From positions 1 to 28,488 of IMG/VR virus record IMGVR_UViG_3300046532_002691: a DNA stretch of 28,488 bases; one strand, given 5' to 3'. Source of the stretch: a virus. Its lineage: Duplodnaviria > Caudoviricetes. This document shows, piece by piece, positions 7,423-14,100 of this stretch; the first letter of the stretch is position 1; each line of letters begins with the position of its first letter. Under the pieces are notes generated by a model. That model did no database searches, was not told the DNA's origin, and worked only from the letters and a program-made list of their open reading frames with translations. The position numbers and the translations under genes were made by a program.

Positions 7423-7632
7423 TTGATGAAGAAAAATAATCGTGTAGGAACTGCGTTCCGATTTGAGGAACAATTCCTGGAGGAACTCCGGGCTGCCAGC
7501 CATGCTACGGGTATGACCATCACATCAATTGTTGAGCAGTGTGTGGATCGGAGTTTGGACCAGGTTGTCCGTCAGGCCGGCAAGGAACGTGAGGCTGCGC
7601 AGAAACGTCTCCTAGCACTTCGTAAGCGGTAG
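7423..7632 (+). CDS. Ribbon-helix-helix regulator (repressor-like position)
   Basis: RVGTAFRFEEQFLEELRAASHATGMTITSIVEQCV follows the RHH pattern, with a C-terminal helix; divergent from the other RHH gene. Confidence 0.7.
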   Translation: MMKKNNRVGTAFRFEEQFLEELRAASHATGMTITSIVEQCVDRSLDQVVRQAGKEREAAQKRLLALRKR

Positions 7633-7759
7633 CCCCATCCCGCGCCGATCTGGACAGGATATAGTCTTCCAGTTGCCCAACTCCATCGAGCATGTCTGCC
7701 CGAAGCCCAACCGCTGCCGAGATTGGGTGATTTTCTAAGTCTTCGTAATCTATAATCAT
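7520..7759 (-). CDS. Possible small protein overlapping the RHH repressor antisense
   Basis: 79-aa ATG ORF, half in otherwise empty sequence; no recognisable motif. Confidence 0.25.
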   Translation of the reverse strand: MIIDYEDLENHPISAAVGLRADMLDGVGQLEDYILSRSARDGATAYEVLGDVSAQPHVPCRPDGQPGPNSDPHTAQQLM

Positions 7760-7904
7760 ATTTGCTTATCGCCTTCTCTGCGTTAGGTGCTTACCTTGTA
7801 ATGCGTGTAATGCACCCAATACAACGTAAACATATTCTCGGCTTATTCACATCGCGATTAAGCCTATCACACAGCTAGGACATTCACAGTCCCACCAGTA
7901 CCAT

Positions 7905-7987
7905 GTGCATAACTCCGTGTATAACTATTTTCAAAACAGGGGATTATTTTGTTGCATCGTTTATACATTCGTATATACTGCGTGGAC
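7905..7987 (+). promoter_or_regulatory. Promoter of the integrase operon with operator-like repeats
   Basis: TTGCAT(7952)-N16-TATACT(7974). GTTTATAC/GTATATAC (7959, 7971) and GTGCATAACT/GTGTATAACT (7905, 7917) are tandem pairs at 12-bp pitch. Confidence 0.55.
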
Positions 7988-8046
7988 AGTTTGAGTGTGC
8001 GAGACATCAAACGCATAGGAACAAAATAAATGTAGGGGGAACTAAT

Positions 8047-8256
8047 ATGATAACAAAACAAATAACCGACATCCACTGCGCTGCGCAGTTTCTATTGAAC
8101 CAACACATCCTGGTCCGCCTCGGCTTGTTCGCCGGTGAGACGGGAGTTGTCTGGGACGTAATGGCCGATGGTCGCTCGCTCCAAGTGATTCTCGACAGTG
8201 GCAAAACTATCTTCGTCGATTTCTCGCTGGTGCGGGAGTCGCGGGAAGGTGAATAA
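8047..8256 (+). CDS. Small KOW/SH3-like protein
   Basis: ATG at 8047 after AGGGGG. ILVRLGLFAGETGVVWDV resembles the KOW consensus V.I..GPF.G..G.V. Confidence 0.55.
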   Translation: MITKQITDIHCAAQFLLNQHILVRLGLFAGETGVVWDVMADGRSLQVILDSGKTIFVDFSLVRESREGE

Positions 8257-8268
8257 GGAGAAAACATT

Positions 8269-8400
8269 ATGAAAAACAGAACCAGAGAGATGGTCATTGA
8301 GGCACTCACGTTTTACCTAGAACTGGGTGGCTACTTTGAAGACTACGAAAAGCGAGATCAGGCCAAAGAAACACTTAAAAGGATAAAAGAAAATGAGTAG
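8269..8400 (+). CDS. Hypothetical protein (43 aa)
   Basis: Read by hand: MKNRTREMVIEALTFYLELGGYFEDYEKRDQAKETLKRIKENE. Strong AAGGAG RBS; overlaps the next start. Confidence 0.65.
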   Translation: MKNRTREMVIEALTFYLELGGYFEDYEKRDQAKETLKRIKENE

Positions 8401-8575
8401 CCTATTCAACAAATCAAAACTGAAGGAGAAGATCCTCCACATCGCCCACATCAAGGGGCGGAAAGTATTCACCCGCGTCTCCATGGCGGAGATGGAACCC
8501 AAGTGCGAGGCAGCGGTTGCCCGATTCCTCGACGGCTACATCCACCAACTACCATCAAAGAAAACTATAAAATGA
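8393..8575 (+). CDS. Small basic protein, possible histone fold
   Basis: 60 aa; ATGA-coupled to the integrase; LFNKSKLKEKI...TRVS...KKTIK pattern. The CDS is well supported, the fold is inference. Confidence 0.55.
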   Translation: MSSLFNKSKLKEKILHIAHIKGRKVFTRVSMAEMEPKCEAAVARFLDGYIHQLPSKKTIK

Positions 8576-9654
8576 CCCTAATCAAACGAAACGAAAACTT
8601 CACTGCCGTTGAGCCTATCGGCGGGCGGAGAGTGTGGTTCGCCACCAAGACCCCCAACCGCCGGCTGGCGGAGAAACGTGCCAAAGCATACTTCGACGCA
8701 ATCCGCGCCGAGAATGTTAAGGCGGCCAACCTGCTCACCAACCACATCGGCGGGAGTGTGCCCACCTTCAAAGAACTCTTTGAGTATTATGAAGATCAAT
8801 CACCCTGCCGTCCCGCCACGGTTGCCGAGTACATCAATTGCCTCAAGCTGATCATCCGTGAAACCCGCGGCAAGTATAACGAGAATGCCCCCGTGAGTCT
8901 TGACGGCAAAATGGTGTCGGACTTTGAGAAGCTCCGCCGGGATAAGGCCAAGCGGAAAAGTATTAAGGCACAGCACTCCGCAAAGCGGAATGCCTTCAGC
9001 CTGGTTCGCAAGGCCAAGGCGATCTTCACCAAGGCAATGCAGAAGCGTTACCTTGATGGGGGGATGCACATTGACGTTAAGGAATTCATTGAGCGCCCGA
9101 TTGCCAATGGTCCGAGCGTTCGTTACAAGGCGCCGAAGGATAAGGGTTTAGCTGCCCGCACATTCAAGGCGTCTGAGCAATTGCGCAAGGATGACCCCAA
9201 CGCCTTCATCGCCTTCACACTTGCCACCCAGGCCGGCCTACGGAAATCTGAAATCGCCAATGCGAAGGTAAGCTGGATTGAGGACCACCTGATTCATGTC
9301 CAACCGGATGGTGAGTTTGATACCAAGAACTCACTGGACCGCGAGGTGCCGATCAATGCCGCTACCTATGGCATCCTCATTGAGTTTGTTGGCGGCGCCG
9401 ATGACTACATCCTCGATGGCAACCCCACCGAGCGGAAAGAGAACACCTTCCGCCGGCTGAACAAGTGGCTTGCCGAGTTGGGCTGGACTCATTCCGACAA
9501 GCGCACCCATGAGTTGCGCAAGTGGTACGGCAGCCAGGTTGCCAAGCTCGGCGGCATCCACGCTGCGCAGCATCTCCTCGGTCACATGGATTATTCAACC
9601 ACAGATCGCTACTACGCAGACTACATCGGCGAGAAGATTGTCGTGGGACAGTGA
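8572..9654 (+). CDS. int: Tyrosine integrase
   Basis: GLRKSEI (R), DTKN (K), HELRK (HxxR), LLGH (H), TTDRYY (Y). True start probably ATG 8572. Confidence 0.93.
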   Translation: MTLIKRNENFTAVEPIGGRRVWFATKTPNRRLAEKRAKAYFDAIRAENVKAANLLTNHIGGSVPTFKELFEYYEDQSPCRPATVAEYINCLKLIIRETRGKYNENAPVSLDGKMVSDFEKLRRDKAKRKSIKAQHSAKRNAFSLVRKAKAIFTKAMQKRYLDGGMHIDVKEFIERPIANGPSVRYKAPKDKGLAARTFKASEQLRKDDPNAFIAFTLATQAGLRKSEIANAKVSWIEDHLIHVQPDGEFDTKNSLDREVPINAATYGILIEFVGGADDYILDGNPTERKENTFRRLNKWLAELGWTHSDKRTHELRKWYGSQVAKLGGIHAAQHLLGHMDYSTTDRYYADYIGEKIVVGQ

Positions 9655-9887
9655 TTGTTGCAAAACGGTTAGCAAGCCCAACATTAGGAAATGGCTTTAG
9701 CCATTTGAGCCTTATAAAACAGGGCTAAAAGCGGTAAGGCAAAAACCCTACCCAACGAACATCGAATTCCCCGATAGTAGTGGACTCAAGTGGACAAAGC
9801 TCCCTTTTCGGGGAGTTTTTCCATTTACCTATGGACAGGGATGGACAGGTGAGGACATTGGGGTGTTAGCGTAACGGTTAGCGTTAG
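9655..9887. repeat. Putative attP region with arm-type direct repeats
   Basis: Non-coding, just downstream of int. TGGAC at 9781, 9791, 9832 and 9842 (plus AGGAC 9852) at 10-bp pitch; AACGGTTAGC at 9664 and 9873; GTTAGCGT at 9865 and 9877; palindrome AAATGGCT-tt-AGCCATTT at 9689-9706. Confidence 0.6.
9796..9820. terminator. Intrinsic terminator between convergent operons
   Basis: AAAGCTCCC-ttttcg-GGGAGTTTTT hairpin with a U-tract on +, shorter tract on -. Confidence 0.6.
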
Positions 9888-10138
9888 GTTATCACTTCTA
9901 TCTTTGTGATCATACCCTTGGGCAAGGCGGTGAAGTCGCCTTCGCGCTCGTCCTCATCCCTGATGGTTTCAATGAAGTACGATGACGCAATCACGATGTA
10001 GTCCTTATATTCCTTGTGCAAGTATCCAACTGAGATCGCCGGCGCGGGTTTGGCTTTTCCCGCCACCCCGTTGATTACCCCGGTCACATCATCCCAGTAC
10101 ACCTTCAGTAGTTTGCCCTCAGATGGATACCTTTTCAT
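9884..10138 (-). CDS. Hypothetical phage protein (84 aa, V.W.D motif)
   Basis: ATGA-coupled to the upstream gene; beta-rich small domain. Confidence 0.7.
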   Translation of the reverse strand: MKRYPSEGKLLKVYWDDVTGVINGVAGKAKPAPAISVGYLHKEYKDYIVIASSYFIETIRDEDEREGDFTALPKGMITKIEVIT

Positions 10139-10392
10139 TTTATGATCCTGTAGTGTGGGACGGGGTAGGTGCGATAGCCAACGTCGATGCTTATTTTCTG
10201 CACCTCAACACGCCCCTCCCTAACTGCCTCCCGCAGCAACCAGGATGTGTGGCTAATTGATCTATTTTCCTCCCCGGCAATCGTCCGCGCAGACTTCCAT
10301 CCGTCAGGAACATTCTCGGAGGGAACCTTTCGCTCCGCCGCCAGTAGATCGGTCCAACTCAGATCACCTTTAGTTTTTCTGGTATTACCCAT
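10135..10392 (-). CDS. Small winged-HTH-like protein
   Basis: GWKSARTIAGEENRSISHTSWLLREAVREGRVE resembles a wHTH. Confidence 0.6.
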   Translation of the reverse strand: MGNTRKTKGDLSWTDLLAAERKVPSENVPDGWKSARTIAGEENRSISHTSWLLREAVREGRVEVQKISIDVGYRTYPVPHYRIIK

Positions 10393-11084
10393 TTGCCATC
10401 AATCTCCTCAACTTGCATCGACCAGCAATTGCCGGTCTTTTCATTCCACAATCCCATCACGAAACCGTGGGCGTGTCTCAGGGTTCCGGGCATGCGCTCA
10501 TTCCACTTCATATCCAGTTTGCAGAGGCAACCGGCACCGCGGGCAACCCTGCGCTCAAGCCCCGGAATCGCATGCTCATCAATGCTGTGAGTGTGCCCGA
10601 ATATGCATTGACCGTAGCAAAGGGCATGAGCGCGTGCGGAATTAACGCCGGCAAAATATCCGTGAAGGAATTTCAGCTTACCGAACTCGAAAACGCCTTT
10701 GCGTTTATGGTAGGGCAACCACTTGGTCCCCTCCTTCTCAAGCCTCGCCTCCAGTTCCTGCACACCCTTGAAGGCGTAATCCTGCTCTATGCCTTTTGAA
10801 TCATTATCGGCAAGATCGTAGAGGCGCTGGTCGTGATTGCCCATCAACAGGTGGGTGGGTTTCCAAGTGGAGATAAACTCCAACCCCTTCCGCCAATCAG
10901 TGAGCATTGATTCTGAACGCTCCTCGGCGCCCGCACCATTCCTTAATGGGCGAGCATCCACAAGATCCCCCCCGAATATGCGGATGTGCGGCTTGAAGAA
11001 GTCCGTTGCGGTGTGCAACGCCTTTACTGCCGCCTTATCCTGCTGATCGCCATGTAAGTCTGATGAGAATATCCAACGCTGCAT
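10359..11084 (-). CDS. Calcineurin-like metallophosphoesterase
   Basis: SDLHG, GGDLVD, GNHD, FLHG and FGHTH motifs. Confidence 0.9.
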   Translation of the reverse strand: MQRWIFSSDLHGDQQDKAAVKALHTATDFFKPHIRIFGGDLVDARPLRNGAGAEERSESMLTDWRKGLEFISTWKPTHLLMGNHDQRLYDLADNDSKGIEQDYAFKGVQELEARLEKEGTKWLPYHKRKGVFEFGKLKFLHGYFAGVNSARAHALCYGQCIFGHTHSIDEHAIPGLERRVARGAGCLCKLDMKWNERMPGTLRHAHGFVMGLWNEKTGNCWSMQVEEIDGKWVIPEKLKVI

Positions 11085-11102
11085 GAAACCACCCTTTCAT
11101 TG

Positions 11103-14100
11103 TTAGTTACGCTTTAGTTTCTTCAAATCTCTCTCAAGCCTGAGTTGTTTGGCTACTGCCCCCAGCGGCAACCTTATGCTCGTCTTCCTGGCAGTCGCGC
11201 TGCCCTTGCGCGGCTTAACCTTTACATCCTTCCCCGCCGGCATATACCGAATGTCATCACTGCCAGGATTAAATCTTTCACTCAAGGGTATGATGTTGCC
11301 CTTGTTGTCCTTGGTGATTGCTTCAGCGGATTTGATTTGGTTGGGGTCGAAGATTGCGTAGTGATTTGACGGTCTATCATAAAGGCCAACAGCATCGTCA
11401 AGGTTGATGAACTTAACGCCCTCCCTACCTTGCCTTTTAGCTTTCAAGATTTCACGGGTTATTCCGGTATCAAAATCTCCACTGGCAAGTTCTGAAGGCG
11501 TTTTACCTCCGGCGTCAACTTCGGCAAAGTCACCCTTGAGGTATCCCTTAATAACCCTCGCATCACCCCTTCGCTCAAGCCTAGCAGCGTAGGTGTCAAC
11601 CGCCTCGGCTTCGATGATAGCCTTCTCGTACCCGTCCCAATCTTGCCGCTTCTCTGCCCTCTCAGCCTTTTTCAGCAGACTCTTGATTGGCCCTTCCTCC
11701 GCTGCGTGAATAGCATACGCCTTGGCGGTTAGCGGGTCATCCGTGAAGAAGAAAGCCAGCTTTGCGCTTCTGGCATCAGTCATTCGTGGCCCTTCCCGTT
11801 TACTGAATTTATTAAACTGGCCGGCAGTCCCGTGCAATACCGGCCCAACCGTATACCCCGCCACCTTCGCTGCCTGATCAACCAACAACTGCGCTCCCTT
11901 GGTGTCACCCTTCTTGGCAGCCTTCATGTAGGAGGCATCGCTGCCGGCGGGCATGAAATACGCCATCGAGGCAGGGCTAGTTGTTCCCGCTTCAACTGCG
12001 CGGGGTGCGGTTGCGTAACCCATTTTGGATTGCTTCATCAACACACCGCGGATTTGGTTCGGCCCCATCTTGGGCAGCTTATGGAACCCAGGGAACATCA
12101 CCTCATGCGGCTCAATTCTGCCGCGCACCCTATCCCATAAAGTCCATTGTGCCGGGAAGATTGCCACACCCATCTCATTGGCTTTTTCCTCGTTGATCTT
12201 TAATGCCTCCATGTAGGCATCACTCATCACCTTAAACTTTTCTGGATCCTTAATGAACTTAACTAAACGATTCGCTTCGGCAACATTGGGGTTGATTTCA
12301 GTTTCACCCTTGGCTCCTCTGACCACTGTTCTGTAATTCACCTGCCTCGCCCCCATTGCGTCCAATGCAGATTGACCTATCCATTCCGAAACAATTTCAG
12401 GATCAATGTCCCTGGATTGAGCCATTACATCATCCAGCGTCTTTGACTTTTTAAGCCTTGGGTCAGGCAAGCCCTTCTCCCTCTTCCGATTTTCTAGTGC
12501 AAGCGTGAGCTTGTTAATCTCCTTTTCCTTTTGCTCATCTGTAAGCGTTTTACGCTTTTTGATATTGGAAATGTTTTTGTTTAATTCTTTAGTTCTAACC
12601 TTGGAATCATTTAGCAACTTATTGAACCCCCTCACAATGCCAGCCTCAAAACGGTCACGCATTTCGGGTTTCTCTAAAACTCGTTCAGCAAACATTCTAG
12701 CCATGTGGCGATCCACCGCACTGATCATTGCCCTTGATGGATCCTGCCACACTCCCCCAAAGGATGCCGTCTTGGTTCCTAGCCCCCTGAGTTGTGTCCC
12801 GACACGATCAACGTAAGTAGCCCAACCCTCGTCCGGGCTTTTATTAAACCATTCAGGATCCTTTAACCATAGACGAGCAAACTCGGCTACGTTGGTAAAG
12901 TCTTGAGTGATGCCTATCCCTAGTCCGCCCTTATCGGCAGCGCCAATGCCGAGAGCCTTCTTGATCTTGTCAGAAACTGCCTTGCGTTGCTTTTGGGTGG
13001 GGTTCTCTGGAAGAAGTTCCGCCATCTTCGCCATGCGTTTCACATCATCAATGCTGGCAAACTTGGTCCTGGCATGACCAAATAAATTTGGAAGTAATGG
13101 TGTGTTGGGCGAAAGCATGCCGAACACCATGCGGTTGAATGTCTCCAGTTTATCACCCTTTGGCGGGGTGAGTGTTCTGGCTAACTTATCAGTGATCTTG
13201 GCGTGAGTGCCTTCAGAGATAAATCCTCCAGCATCGCTTCGAGGGAAAACTTCTGGATTATTGTTCTTTATCCAGAGGAGGTCGTAGTAGGTGAATTTTC
13301 CTTCCAGGCCGCCGGGTAAGCGTAAAGTGTGTCCTGTAGCTTTGTCCTTGATCGTTTGGATTTCAGATAATGGGCCAAGGTTTTTGACGCCGAACTTTTC
13401 ACCAAACGCTTCAAAGTCTTCTGGGGTCCAGTCCTTGGGTTGCTTCCCTTTGTATTGGAGGTTTGCTTGTTCATCTCTTATTACGCCTTTCGGCAGTTTT
13501 TCGTCCCGATAGATTAGGTCAGAATAAGGATCCTTACCAGCCCCTTTTTTCCCCTTCGGCATATACTGCGCACCCTCATCACCCTTCGGGGTGGTGGGTT
13601 TGTAGTTCACTCTGAGTCTGGCGTAATTCACCGGCATAGGTGTGCCCAGTGAAGATTGGATGCTCTCCATCCGATCCACGCGCAAGCTCACCGGCACCAC
13701 ATGCTCCTTGTCAGTGCTGAGACGGTTTGGCATCGCGTCTTTCTGTTCCTTCGGAAGCGCATTCAGGAAGTCCGCAATCGCATCCGTCTTGGCGCTGTTG
13801 GGGTTTTTTATTCCGGCTGCCTGGTTGTGGAGGTACTCAATCACATCCGCCCGGAACTGTTCCTGGCTGCCGTCAAACAACTCGGTGAATGCCCGGTGCC
13901 TTCCGCCCTTACTCTCCCCGGCCTTCTTCCACCAACTTTTAATTTTAGCTTCAAACCGACCTACACTTAATGTTGTCAAATTGAAATTGCCGGCCTGAGA
14001 GATTGACCATCCGTAGGGTGCCGCTAACTGGTGCGACATGCTCGCCTTGGATGTATACTTGCTGCCCTTGGTCGCCGCATAATACTGGATGAGGAAGTTG

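Noticed and set aside
8503-8571. Longer integrase N-terminus from the ORF track
   Set aside because: Overlaps the 60-aa gene; ATG 8572 with ATGA coupling is more plausible.
9761-9780. TTCCCCGATAG resembling a tRNA 5' end as att core
   Set aside because: Too short; no D-arm, T-arm or cloverleaf follows. No tRNA gene is supported.
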